Shown: positions 29,136 through 39,619 of the stretch, piece by piece
How positions within the stretch are numbered: the first letter of the stretch is position 1
How the letters are laid out: every line of letters starts with the position of its first letter
DNA from: an uncultured delta proteobacterium
Lineage (GTDB): Bacteria > Desulfobacterota > Binatia > Binatales > Binataceae
DNA length: 64,000 nucleotides
Reading direction: 5' to 3'
Assembly: GCA_963794325.1 (NCBI GenBank)
Contig: CAWCDG010000007.1
Coordinates: 160,001 to 224,000, forward strand
Notes under the pieces: generated by a model
The model's database searches: none
What the model was told of the DNA's origin: nothing
The model's input: only the letters and a program-made list of their open reading frames with translations
Made by a program: the position numbers and the translations under genes

Positions 29136-29214
29136 ACCAGGAAATCACAGGCTAAAGCCTGTCCCACAAAAATCATGCCTCTCTCCGAAGTGGCACCGGC
29201 TTCAGCCGGTGATT
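29136..29214. repeat. Family C half-sites
   Basis: AATCACAGGCTAAAGCCTGTCCCAC and GTGGCACCGGCTTCAGCCGGTGATT. Confidence 0.75.
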
Positions 29215-29241
29215 CTCCGCGCTGGCCCGCCCGAGTAAATG

Positions 29242-29273
29242 AAAAAGCGGCCGCGGATTGGTCCGCGGCCGCT
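29242..29273 (-). terminator. Intrinsic terminator of the response regulator gene
   Basis: AGCGGCCGCGGA-TTGG-TCCGCGGCCGCT followed by a T5 tract on the minus strand. Confidence 0.75.
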
Positions 29274-29287
29274 CCATCAAATCAAAA

Positions 29288-30772
<1,485 letters not shown>

Positions 30773-30951
30773 CTCTACAGGGCCGCGGTTCTCTATGGGG
30801 GGCAAACGCGGCTTAGTGTAGCATTCTCGCCCTCGTCTGTAGGGCTGTCAATATAGGGTAAAAGAGTCTGGATTCCCTACGGTTTTTGCGCGCTAGGGCG
30901 TTGCGGAACTGAAACGCGGCGGTTTTTACCAGTCTGCGGAGACTGGCTTTG

Positions 30952-31212
30952 CTAGTTCGAGGAGGTGTTACGTGAGGTGAGCGGTATCGGCAGCAATCCC
31001 GGCGGCGAACTCAGGTATCCCAAAGCGGGCTCATCCTGGTAGTCGGCTTCGTCGCGAATCTGACGCGCGTTGTCGCGGGCCTCGCAGTCGCCCTGATCCT
31101 GGCAGGTGCTTTTCATGGCGGCAGTTTGGTCGGGATCGGATGCCGCGCATCCATAAAGGCCAGCAGTCGTTGCGAGCACGACGGCGGCCAAAATGAATCT
31201 GAGCGTGCGCAT
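30952..31212 (-). CDS. Small lipoprotein
   Basis: Signal peptide with lipobox LYGC; two further Cys residues. Confidence 0.65.
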   Translation of the reverse strand: MRTLRFILAAVVLATTAGLYGCAASDPDQTAAMKSTCQDQGDCEARDNARQIRDEADYQDEPALGYLSSPPGLLPIPLTSRNTSSN

Positions 31213-31313
31213 AATGGTTCCGCGGATAACCTAGCAGATTATTTGATCGCGACGATACGACGCGGGCACGGTTGCCGAAAAATCCCCGGCGCGCCAGACG
31301 AAAAGCATCTCAG

Positions 31314-31661
31314 TCAGATTGTGACAAACGCGTCGAGCTTGGCGCGGACCAACTGGGCGATGTCGAGCGGCACTTTGGCGCCCGCATAGCGGACCGGGCG
31401 CGCCGTCGTGTCGATGCTACGAATGTGGCTGGTCAGGATTTCGCCGCTGATCGGCAGCCCGGACGGAAGAACCACGCTGGTCGGAAACGGTCGTACGTGG
31501 GAGGTAATCGGACAGACGACCGCCAATCCGGTGTTTTCCGAAAACACTGCCGAAGAGACTACCAAGCCTGGCCGCCGGCCGGCCTGTTCTCTTCCCTTTG
31601 TCGGATCAAAATCGGTCCAGATGAGGTCGCCGGCGTCAGGAATGTAGATCGTCGGCGTCAT
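31314..31661 (-). CDS. mazF: MazF/PemK toxin
   Basis: GDLIWTDFDPTKGREQAGRRPGLVVS and CPITS; start overlaps the antitoxin stop. Confidence 0.93.
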   Translation of the reverse strand: MTPTIYIPDAGDLIWTDFDPTKGREQAGRRPGLVVSSAVFSENTGLAVVCPITSHVRPFPTSVVLPSGLPISGEILTSHIRSIDTTARPVRYAGAKVPLDIAQLVRAKLDAFVTI

Positions 31662-31918
31662 TCCTCGACGATCTCGCGGCCTGCGTCCGGTCCCCACTCG
31701 AAGGCCTCGTTATAAACTTTTCGCCACTGTCTCGCGCTCTTGCCTTTGAACAGCTCGTCCAGAGTGAAGCGTGGGACCGGACGGCGGATCACGATATCTC
31801 CGTCACGGGTTTCAATCTCGACATGCTCGCCGTCGGTAAGGCCCGCCGCTTTCGCGATCTGACCGGGGAGCCTGACAGCGAGGTTCCTTCCCCATTTTCC
31901 GACTATGACTTGCGGCAA
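31658..31918 (-). CDS. mazE: AbrB/MazE antitoxin
   Basis: KWGRNLAVRLP, TLDEL and EWGPDAGRE motifs. Confidence 0.9.
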   Translation of the reverse strand: MPQVIVGKWGRNLAVRLPGQIAKAAGLTDGEHVEIETRDGDIVIRRPVPRFTLDELFKGKSARQWRKVYNEAFEWGPDAGREIVEE

Positions 31919-32029
31919 TTTCGCGCTCCGATTGCTGAGATATTCTCAGCATATCCCATATTCCGGATTGCGGAAAGGAGGGCTGAGCCAGGAGCGCGTG
32001 ACGAATGCAGATCCCACGCCGAACAGGAA

Positions 32030-32105
32030 TGGCTCCCCGGGCCGGATTCGAACCAGCGACATGACGGTTAACAGCCGTCCGCTCTACCGACTGAGCTACC
32101 GGGGA
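32030..32105 (-). tRNA. tRNA-Asn(GTT)
   Basis: TCCCCGGTAGCTCAGTCGGTAGAGCGGACGGCTGTTAACCGTCATGTCGCTGGTTCGAATCCGGCCCGGGGAGCCA; folds as a cloverleaf with encoded CCA. Confidence 0.97.
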
Positions 32106-32221
32106 GTACTTATGGTTTGTCTGCGCCGCGCCTGAACTACTCTCGTTATACGCGGATCGCCGTGAGATCAAGAACCGATATTATAACCGTAGATCGGCGG
32201 TACGAATCAATCCGAATCGCG

Positions 32222-33064
32222 TCACTTGCCACCTTGCAGCGTCTTGTCCTGAATCTCGCCCATCTTCCTGACGGTCTCGGCCACGAACTTCGCCGGGAGA
32301 ACTCCCGCCAGTCCTGAAAAAACCGGGTCGGTGTTCAGCGAAGTATTAGCCTCAAGAATTCCCCATAGCGCGAAGCGCAGGCCGGCACTGACGAAGACCG
32401 GGGCGCCGCTGGAAAATCCGGGCGCGCTGCCGCCGTCCAGATAGCAAAGCTGCTGCAGTCCCGCGCCGATGACCTCGGTGTCAGCCGGCGCGGATACCGA
32501 CACGTGGCCGAAGCGGGCGAGCGCCTCGAAGCGATTCTGATTCACGCCGACCGTCGCGGCGGTCAGGTAGTACACCTGCGCGCCGGTTTCGGGGCGGGCG
32601 AACGGGTCATCGTTGCCGAGTAGTGAGCCCAGCGCGATTGGCGCGATGCTCGCTCCTTGAGGCGTCAGCGGAATCGCCGCGACGTCGGCCTTTACTTCGT
32701 TTGGATCGAGCACCCAACGGTTCTCAGGCGGCAACGGCTCTTCGCGCATCGCTCCAGTCTTCGAGTCCTCGAGCGTGAGCATCAGGCCGCTGCGCGGCTG
32801 GCGGTTTTCGTCGAGCAGATTGTGATGCGCCGTCACCAGGTACACGAACGATCGCCCGGGGGCCGCCTTGCTCGGCACGGCGACGAAGAATGCGGTGCCG
32901 ACCTGCACCGTGCGGCCTTCGGAGTGAGTCACGATACCGGCGACGTTGCGCAGCGTTCCGGAAGGGACGTTGCCGCTTTCGTCAGAGTAGGTGCTCGGTG
33001 CGATTGCGAGCGTGGACGCGAGTGCGAAGGCGGCCGCCGCAATCGAGAGTGTGGCTTTTCTCAT
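32222..33064 (-). CDS. Secreted trypsin-like peptidase-domain protein
   Basis: Signal peptide; GTAFFV, LVTAHH, DVAAI and GFSSGAPVF. Confidence 0.7.
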   Translation of the reverse strand: MRKATLSIAAAAFALASTLAIAPSTYSDESGNVPSGTLRNVAGIVTHSEGRTVQVGTAFFVAVPSKAAPGRSFVYLVTAHHNLLDENRQPRSGLMLTLEDSKTGAMREEPLPPENRWVLDPNEVKADVAAIPLTPQGASIAPIALGSLLGNDDPFARPETGAQVYYLTAATVGVNQNRFEALARFGHVSVSAPADTEVIGAGLQQLCYLDGGSAPGFSSGAPVFVSAGLRFALWGILEANTSLNTDPVFSGLAGVLPAKFVAETVRKMGEIQDKTLQGGK

Positions 33065-33297
33065 TCGATCAGATTCATCCAGAGCTTAATTTTGGGATTG
33101 GCCCGGCTCAGTTTCGGCGCATAACGATAGCAGAAGAGCGCACGGGTGGAAGGAGGCCCGCCCCACTGAATCAGGACACTACCTAGCCGTCGCGGAGGAG
33201 TGACCGAAAGCAAAACGGCGCGGCCCGAGCTTTTCCGCTCCGTCCGCGCCGCCAATCAACTAACTTTTTGGTCAAATCGCAATTTGTTGTGCGGATA

Positions 33298-33660
33298 CTA
33301 CCAGCGGTTGCGATTTCCGCCGCCGCCGCCTTCGCGGCCGCCACCTCCGCCACCGCCGCCACGACGACGATCTCCGCCGCCGCCACCACCGCCACCGCCG
33401 CGCGGGCCGCCGGTGCTGGCGCGAGCCTCGTCAATCTTGATTCGCCGTCCTTTCAGGTCAGTGTCGTTGAGAGTCGAGATGGCCGTGGCCGCGTCGGCCG
33501 CTTCAACCATCTCGACAAAACCGAAGCCGCGCGACTGTCCCGAGAATTTGTCGGAAACCACGACCGCGCTTTCGACTTTCCCAGCCTGCGCAAAGAGCTC
33601 CGCCAGGTCTTCTTGCGTAACCGCGTAGGCGAGGTTGCCTACATACAACTTAGTGGGCAT
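33298..33660 (-). CDS. RRM RNA-binding protein with Gly/Arg-rich tail
   Basis: RNP2 LYVGNL and RNP1 RGFGFVEM; strong AAGGAG RBS. Confidence 0.95.
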   Translation of the reverse strand: MPTKLYVGNLAYAVTQEDLAELFAQAGKVESAVVVSDKFSGQSRGFGFVEMVEAADAATAISTLNDTDLKGRRIKIDEARASTGGPRGGGGGGGGGDRRRGGGGGGGGREGGGGGNRNRW

Positions 33661-33820
33661 AAAAGCCGCTCCTTACTTTTTGCCGGGAAGCTCCTAAACA
33701 GACGACCATCCGGGATGTCCGGGGATCCGAGAGAAAGGCAACGTCCGAGGCATGGTTAGGTCCTAGAGATAAAGATAGGCGCGAGGCAAATCTGAGTAAA
33801 GTCGGAGTCGCGAACGGGTC

Positions 33821-34016
33821 ACTTTATTGAATGTGAAACCCGCGGTGGGTTTCACGCTTCCCTCGGCAGGGGTGACCCCTGCACCCAGTGAAATCGCGAA
33901 ATGTTGAGGACAACCTTTCGCTCTAAGGTTCCTGATTTTAGTGGCACAGGCTTTAGCCTGTGATTCTTTCCTGGATTTGCATGGACCAGAAAATCACAGG
34001 CTAAAGCCTGTGCCAC
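33821..34016 (+). repeat. Composite element: family B + linker + family C (C core inverted)
   Basis: B at 33821..33889 and C at 33941..34016; aligns with 13917..14108. Confidence 0.9.
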
Positions 34017-34066
34017 CAATGCCAGCCGCCGGAAGGTGAGGGTGCTGGGCGCGAGCACAATCTCAA

Positions 34067-34957
34067 TCACACGGGATGCGAATCGAGAAAATCGCGAACG
34101 TACTGGTTCACCAACTCAGGTTTTTCCTGCTGCACCCAATGGCCCGAATCGGGAATGTACTTTATCTCGAACGGGCCGGTGAACAGCGGCTCCATCCCGT
34201 AGGTCAGTTCCTTGCCGAGTGCGAAATCCTGCTCGCCCCAGATGAGCAGCGTCGGCGCCGCGATTTTGCGATCGATCCACGAGTTCGTCCCAGGGCGCGC
34301 CATGAAACCGATGCGGAGGTTGGCGCGATAGTAGTTGATGGCGGCGGTAATCGAGTAAGGATTGCGGAACGCGGCCCGGAAGTAGTCGAGGTCGCTGTCG
34401 GTGAAGACATCTTTTTGAATCGTGCCGTTGCGCAATGCGCTGATCAGCGCTGCGTAGTTGTTGCGGCGAAACGCCCACTCAGGAAGGCGCCGAATCTGGA
34501 AGAACAGCATGTACCAACTGCGCAGCATCTGGCGCGGATTGCGCCGCATCGCGCGACTCATCCGCTCGAAGTGCGGGCAGTTCATCACGATGAGACGATC
34601 GACGACGTCCGGACGCATCAGCGCGGTCGCCCAGGCAACGGCGCCACCCCAGTCGTGACCGATCACCGTCGCGCGCTGATGGCCGAGCGCTTCGATCAAA
34701 TCGGCTACATCGCCGACCAGCTTATCGAGGGTGTAGTTGGCGACGCCGACCGGTGCGTCGGACTCGCCGTAGCCGCGCATCTCGGGCGCGACGCATTCGA
34801 AGCGATCCGACAGCGCGCGGATTTGATAACGCCACGAATACCAGCATTCGGGGAATCCGTGCAGCATGATGATCGGGGGGCCGGAGCCCGCGCGGGCGAC
34901 GCGGAGCGTGAGTCCGCTTTTGAGTTTAATTTTTTCGAAGTGCCAGGGCTCGGGCAT
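34067..34957 (-). CDS. Epoxide-hydrolase-like alpha/beta hydrolase
   Basis: HGFPE, GHDWGG, SWYMLFF, NYYR and GHWVQQE. Confidence 0.9.
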   Translation of the reverse strand: MPEPWHFEKIKLKSGLTLRVARAGSGPPIIMLHGFPECWYSWRYQIRALSDRFECVAPEMRGYGESDAPVGVANYTLDKLVGDVADLIEALGHQRATVIGHDWGGAVAWATALMRPDVVDRLIVMNCPHFERMSRAMRRNPRQMLRSWYMLFFQIRRLPEWAFRRNNYAALISALRNGTIQKDVFTDSDLDYFRAAFRNPYSITAAINYYRANLRIGFMARPGTNSWIDRKIAAPTLLIWGEQDFALGKELTYGMEPLFTGPFEIKYIPDSGHWVQQEKPELVNQYVRDFLDSHPV

Positions 34958-34990
34958 GGGGTTACCGATAAGCGGGAGTGCAGGGCGCGC

Positions 34991-35030
34991 AACCTAACCC
35001 CTAACCCCTTCCCTCGAGGGAAGGGGGACA
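34991..35030 (+). repeat. Repeat family A
   Basis: AACCTAACCCCTAACCCCTTCCCTCGAGGGAAGGGG. Confidence 0.9.
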
Positions 35031-35044
35031 ATCGCAGACGAAAG

Positions 35045-35801
35045 TTACGCGGCGACTTTCGTCGTTCCCTGCATTGCTGGCAGCTCTGGATTGCAGATGT
35101 ACCGAAGCTTCGGGAGCGTTACGTCGGCGGTGGTGAAGGTCGCCGATATCGGATTGTCGAGGCTCAGATAATTCCCGGCCCCGAACGCGTCGTTGTCCAT
35201 CAGGACAATCCGCGGCTTGCCGCGCTCCGCTTTCGAGAACGTGAACTCGGGATCGACCTGCACCAGGACCAGCTTGCCGTCGTCCTTGTTGCGTGCGAGA
35301 TGCATGCTCGCGATGTATTGAATGTCGCCGCCGGAAATCATGTCGCGGTCGAGCAGCTCGCATTCGAGCACCGGCTTGCCGCCGGCGGTGACGCGCCCGA
35401 CGACGCGGTCGTGACGGATGTCGAGTTTGACGTCGCCGGCGACCGTCGGATAACCCCATCGCGCGGCCATCTCGCGGCGCGCGTCATCATTGTCGCAATA
35501 ACTGCGCAGCACGAAACCGCGCGGACGAACGCCGGTGCGGCCGGAGACGCGAACCTCGGCGATCGAGAACGCGCCGACCGGGCTCTCGGGATAACTCGTC
35601 ACGCAGAAAATCGCGTACTCCGGAATCGACGGATGCATCGTCGCGGGGATCAAGTTGTCGGCCGGGATCGTCGTCGATCTCCATGTTGATGGTGAGAATC
35701 TTCGCGCCCTTCAAAGTCCACGGCTCGGTCTTGTAGCCGTTGATCGTCGGCACCGACTTGGCCCATGCGGACAGATTCAGTTTTCCAAAACGCGGCGGCA
35801 T
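35045..35801 (-). CDS. Acetoacetate-decarboxylase-fold protein, split by a +1 frameshift near 35665
   Basis: MPPRFGKL...EIDDDP continues as ADNLIPATMHP if one C of a CCC run is removed. SPVGAF and WGYP motifs. Confidence 0.7.
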
Positions 35802-36913
35802 CAGCGGCCTCCTGCGGCGGCGGACGCGGTGTCGCTCGCGCCCTGAAAATGAGGCATCACTTCTTTCGCGAACAGGCGCAATGAATCGAGCACCTTTTGC
35901 TGCGGCACCGTTTCGAGCGCGTTCAGCAGGAAGTTGACGCGATCGACGCCGACCGCCTCCCACTTTTTCATCTCACGCGTGATGCGCGCGGGATTTCCCA
36001 TCGCAATACCCTCCGGCGCGCCGGACGCATCGCCGGGACCCGCCGCATCCTGGCGCAGCGACGGCAACAATCCGAGCGACGGATACGACTTGCTCGGATA
36101 CGCCTCGCGCGCGGCCAGCAATTGCGCGGCGAGATAATTGAAAGTGCCGGTGAGGCGCTTGCCGACCTTCACGCCCTCGGCATCGTCCTCATGACAGTAC
36201 AAAAAGTTCACCGTCGAGACGGCTTCGTTGACGACCTCGCCGACCGGAGTGCAGTTCTGGATGATTTTGCGATAGCGCTTGACCTTCTCGTCCTGCTCGG
36301 CGAATCCGCCGAAGGTCAGCCCGAGACTGCCCATCCCACGCTCGGCCGCGTCGATTTCGGTGCCGGGACTGGTGACCGCAACCCACAGCGGCGGATGCGG
36401 TTTCTGATACGGCTTGGGCACGATGGTGCGCTGCGGCATCGACCACGAGCGTCCCTGGTACGAGAAGCGCTCCTGCGTCCACATCTTGGGCAGGCAATGG
36501 ACGAACTCGTCCCAGGTCTTCTTGGTTTCGTCGGGACTCGCGCGGAATCCCGCCAGCTCGGTCCAGGTTGCGGAGCGGCCGGTGCCGACGTCGAGGCGTC
36601 CGCCGGAAAGAATGTCGAGCACGGCGGTGCGCTCGGCGATTTTGATCGGATGATTGAACTCGGGCACGCATACGATGATGCCGTGACCGACGCGCATTTT
36701 CTTGGTCTTCATCGCGCAAGCGGTCAGGAACAACTCGGGCGCGGGGCAATGCGAATATTCTTCGAGGAAGTGATGCTCGACGGCCCACACGGAATCGAAG
36801 CCGAGGGAATCGGCGAGGGCGACCTGCTCGAGGCAGTTGTCGTACACAGTTTTTTCGGTTTCGCGCCCCCATGGTCGCGGTACCGAGATTTCATAGAAGA
36901 GGCCGAATTTCAT
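35801..36913 (-). CDS. LLM-class flavin-dependent oxidoreductase
   Basis: MKFGLF, WAVEHHF, LDILSGGR and PKPYQKPHPP. Confidence 0.92.
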   Translation of the reverse strand: MKFGLFYEISVPRPWGRETEKTVYDNCLEQVALADSLGFDSVWAVEHHFLEEYSHCPAPELFLTACAMKTKKMRVGHGIIVCVPEFNHPIKIAERTAVLDILSGGRLDVGTGRSATWTELAGFRASPDETKKTWDEFVHCLPKMWTQERFSYQGRSWSMPQRTIVPKPYQKPHPPLWVAVTSPGTEIDAAERGMGSLGLTFGGFAEQDEKVKRYRKIIQNCTPVGEVVNEAVSTVNFLYCHEDDAEGVKVGKRLTGTFNYLAAQLLAAREAYPSKSYPSLGLLPSLRQDAAGPGDASGAPEGIAMGNPARITREMKKWEAVGVDRVNFLLNALETVPQQKVLDSLRLFAKEVMPHFQGASDTASAAAGGR

Positions 36914-36987
36914 GGCAATACCTCCATACCGTTCGTTTAGCGCAATCGCGGAGAGATCGAAAGTCCTGTGAAAGGGAAGGGTAAATC

Positions 36988-37130
36988 ACTTAATTAAAAT
37001 GAAACCCGCGGTGGGTTTCATGCTTCCTTCGGCAGGGGTGACCCCTGCACCCAGTATAAAAAGAGTGCGCGGGCTCGTCCCCAAGAATCCGGTTCCCCTT
37101 CCCGCGCGGGAAGGGGTTAGGGGTTAGGTT
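36988..37130. repeat. Composite: family B (+, to 37055) and family A (-, 37087..37130)
   Basis: TGAAACCCGCGGTGGGTTTCA...GCAGGGGTGACCCCTGCACCCAGT, then ...GGGAAGGGGTTAGGGGTTAGGTT. Confidence 0.9.
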
Positions 37131-37178
37131 CTTCAGCGCAATCACCATCAATGCATCATAAGTGCCCCTGTATATCGC

Positions 37179-37208
37179 TTGACATATGTTGATTGATACG
37201 GTTTAGAT
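37179..37208 (+). promoter_or_regulatory. Putative sigma70 promoter
   Basis: TTGACA-N18-TTAGAT upstream of 37228. Confidence 0.5.
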
Positions 37209-37227
37209 CGAAGTCGAGGACCTTCCC

Positions 37228-38580
37228 ATGAAACACGAACTGATCGACGTGCCCGAGCCGAACCTCATCCGCGAACAATTCCCCTACGACGCGGTGCCGC
37301 GAATCATCTTCGACGGCGAGTTCGAGAAACCCGACCCGGCGCCCGATTTTTTCATCACCGACACGACCTTCCGCGACGGACAGCAGGCCCGTCCGCCGTA
37401 CACTGCGGGCCAGATCGTCGCGATGTTCGATATGCTGCATCGTCTCGGCGGCCCTAACGGCATCATCCGGCAAACCGAATTTTTCCTGTACTCGAAGACC
37501 GATCGCGAGGCGGTGAATCGATGCCTCGCGCGCGGCTACGAATTTCCCGAAGTCACCGGATGGATTCGCGCGGTGAAAGCGGATTTCAAGATCGTCAAGG
37601 AGATGGGGCTGCGCGAGACCGGGATTCTAACCTCGGCGTCCGACTACCACATTTTCAACAAGCTCAAGAAAACCCGCCGCGCTGCGATGGACGACTACCT
37701 CGAGATCGTCAACGCGGCGCTCGATGCGGGCTTGCGCATCCGATGCCATCTCGAGGACGCGACCCGCGCGGATTTTTACGGCTTCGTCGTGCCGTTCGTG
37801 TCGAAGCTGATGGAACTCGGCGACGCCGCGCGGCTTCCCGTCAAGATTCGCGTCTGCGACACGCTCGGATTCGGGGTGCCGTACCCGGGAGTCGCGCTGC
37901 CGCGCAGCGTGCCGAAGCTGATTCTGGGGCTGCGCCGGGAATGCGGCGTCAAGCCCGATCAACTCGAATGGCACGGGCACAACGACTTCCACAAGGTGCT
38001 CGCCAACGCGACTGCGGCGTGGCTCTACGGATGCATGTACGCCAACGGCACGATTCTCGGTTACGGCGAGCGCACCGGTAATCCTCCGCTGGAGGGGCTG
38101 GTGATGGATTACGTGTCGCTCAAGGGCGGCGCGAACGGAATGGACTTGTCGGTGATCACTGAAATCGCTGAGTACTTCGAGCGCGAAGCCGGTTACCGGA
38201 TTCCCGCCAATTATCCGTTCGTCGGACGCGACTTCAACGTGACGCGCGCGGGGATTCATGCCGACGGACTGCTGAAGGACGAGGAAATCTACAACGTGTT
38301 CGACACGTCGAAAATTCTCGGTCGCCCGCCGCGGGTCGCGGTCGATAAAACTTCCGGCGCCGCGGGGATCGCGTGGTGGATCAATTCGTACTTCGGTCTG
38401 GCCCGTGGCGCGCAGGTCGAAAAGCGCTCGCCCGAGGTGCTCGAGATCGCGAAGTGGGTCGATGCGCAGTACGACGACGGCCGCACCACCTCGATTTCGG
38501 ATCAGGAGATGGAAGCGCAGGTGAGGCGGCATCTGCCGCGATTGTTCGAGAGCGGTGCTACCGAAAGGCTCGCTGGATAG
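37228..38580 (+). CDS. Re-citrate synthase (DRE-TIM/LeuA-like)
   Basis: FPY..VP.I.F, ITDTTFRDGQQ..PPY, QTEFFLY, SDYHIF.KL, RCHLED.TRADFYGFVVPF and EWHGHNDF, as recalled from the Clostridium kluyveri and Syntrophus enzymes. No LeuA regulatory domain. Confidence 0.82.
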   Translation: MKHELIDVPEPNLIREQFPYDAVPRIIFDGEFEKPDPAPDFFITDTTFRDGQQARPPYTAGQIVAMFDMLHRLGGPNGIIRQTEFFLYSKTDREAVNRCLARGYEFPEVTGWIRAVKADFKIVKEMGLRETGILTSASDYHIFNKLKKTRRAAMDDYLEIVNAALDAGLRIRCHLEDATRADFYGFVVPFVSKLMELGDAARLPVKIRVCDTLGFGVPYPGVALPRSVPKLILGLRRECGVKPDQLEWHGHNDFHKVLANATAAWLYGCMYANGTILGYGERTGNPPLEGLVMDYVSLKGGANGMDLSVITEIAEYFEREAGYRIPANYPFVGRDFNVTRAGIHADGLLKDEEIYNVFDTSKILGRPPRVAVDKTSGAAGIAWWINSYFGLARGAQVEKRSPEVLEIAKWVDAQYDDGRTTSISDQEMEAQVRRHLPRLFESGATERLAG

Positions 38581-38586
38581 TCGGGC

Positions 38587-38675
38587 AACCTAACCCCTAA
38601 CCCCTTCCCGAGCGGGAAGGGGAACCGGATTGTTTGGAGTAACCTCTTCCCTTCTGGGGAAAGGGGAACCGGAAT
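38587..38675 (+). repeat. Repeat family A plus degenerate second copy
   Basis: Full copy at 38587..38630 (loop GAGC). Confidence 0.9.
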
Positions 38676-38683
38676 ATGGTGGA

Positions 38684-39619
38684 TTAGATTCTGATCCAGC
38701 CGGCTGGAATCAGATCCCTGGTGTCAAAGTAGCCTTCGAAGTCGCCGAGGGCACGGCGGTATCGATACGGGACGGATGGATTCCCGTGATCTCCGGAAAA
38801 CCATTGCAAAGGTGCGATCACTTTCTTGTTCGGGTTGGGGTCGAGCCATGCGCCCCACCATGAGAACGTGGAATTCGCGATGATATGCCCTTTGCATCGG
38901 GCCATCAGGAAAAGATCTTCGATCTCCGTGAGCGCTTCGACGAAAAACACAGGATGGCCGCGAAACCGGTCCTTACACCACTCGATATCATCGGAGAAGA
39001 TCACGAAGGTGGTGCCGGGATCGAACTGCGACATCGCGCGCTCGTAATAATCACCCGCCGCCAAATCCGGATGAGTTGGATTACCGATGTAGTCGGTCCG
39101 GCGCACATGGACCGAGCAGGTCTTCGCCGCGAGCAGATCGTCAAATGCCCGTTCGAGAAAATACGACAGCGCGTGATGGGGCGTGAAGTAGCGGCGCACC
39201 TCGTCCGCGCAGTGGGCAAAGTATCGCTCTGATTGGAAATAGCCCCTGAGTTCCGCGGTGCGCTCGATCATGATTTCTTCGTAAGCGTGGGTGCTAGGCA
39301 TACGCCGCTGGAAATGTCGAATCGGGCGGACCTGCGGAATCGGAAATTCAAAATGCCTCGCGTACGGCCACGGAGGAAACACGAACGAACAACCGTTGCG
39401 GCGGGCGATACCGATGGTCGCGGCGATCTGAAAAAGCTGGTTGCCAAGTCGCCCAAGCTCGCCGATCGGAAAGGTGACGAATTTTGTGTCGCTGAACCGC
39501 GAGCGCAGCCTTCGGGCAATTGGCTCCAGGACCGGGAGCTTCGCGGCCTCCGCAATGAGTATCCTCAAGGCTGAGGGCTGCGAGGCTTCAGGTTGCGAAG
39601 AGTTCATTGGAAAATTCAT
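38684..39619 (-). CDS. GT11 alpha-1,2-fucosyltransferase family
   Basis: GRLGNQLFQ, GYFQSERYF, HVRRTDY, FSDDIEWC and NSTFSWWGAWL. Confidence 0.92.
   Translation of the reverse strand: MNFPMNSSQPEASQPSALRILIAEAAKLPVLEPIARRLRSRFSDTKFVTFPIGELGRLGNQLFQIAATIGIARRNGCSFVFPPWPYARHFEFPIPQVRPIRHFQRRMPSTHAYEEIMIERTAELRGYFQSERYFAHCADEVRRYFTPHHALSYFLERAFDDLLAAKTCSVHVRRTDYIGNPTHPDLAAGDYYERAMSQFDPGTTFVIFSDDIEWCKDRFRGHPVFFVEALTEIEDLFLMARCKGHIIANSTFSWWGAWLDPNPNKKVIAPLQWFSGDHGNPSVPYRYRRALGDFEGYFDTRDLIPAGWIRI

Noticed and set aside
30952-33064. Prophage or full genomic island at tRNA-Asn
   Set aside because: No integrase, phage genes or convincing long att duplication.
33200-33759. Poly-Pro and Ala/Thr-rich plus-strand ORFs
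   Set aside because: They are the antisense of the Gly-rich tail of the RRM protein.
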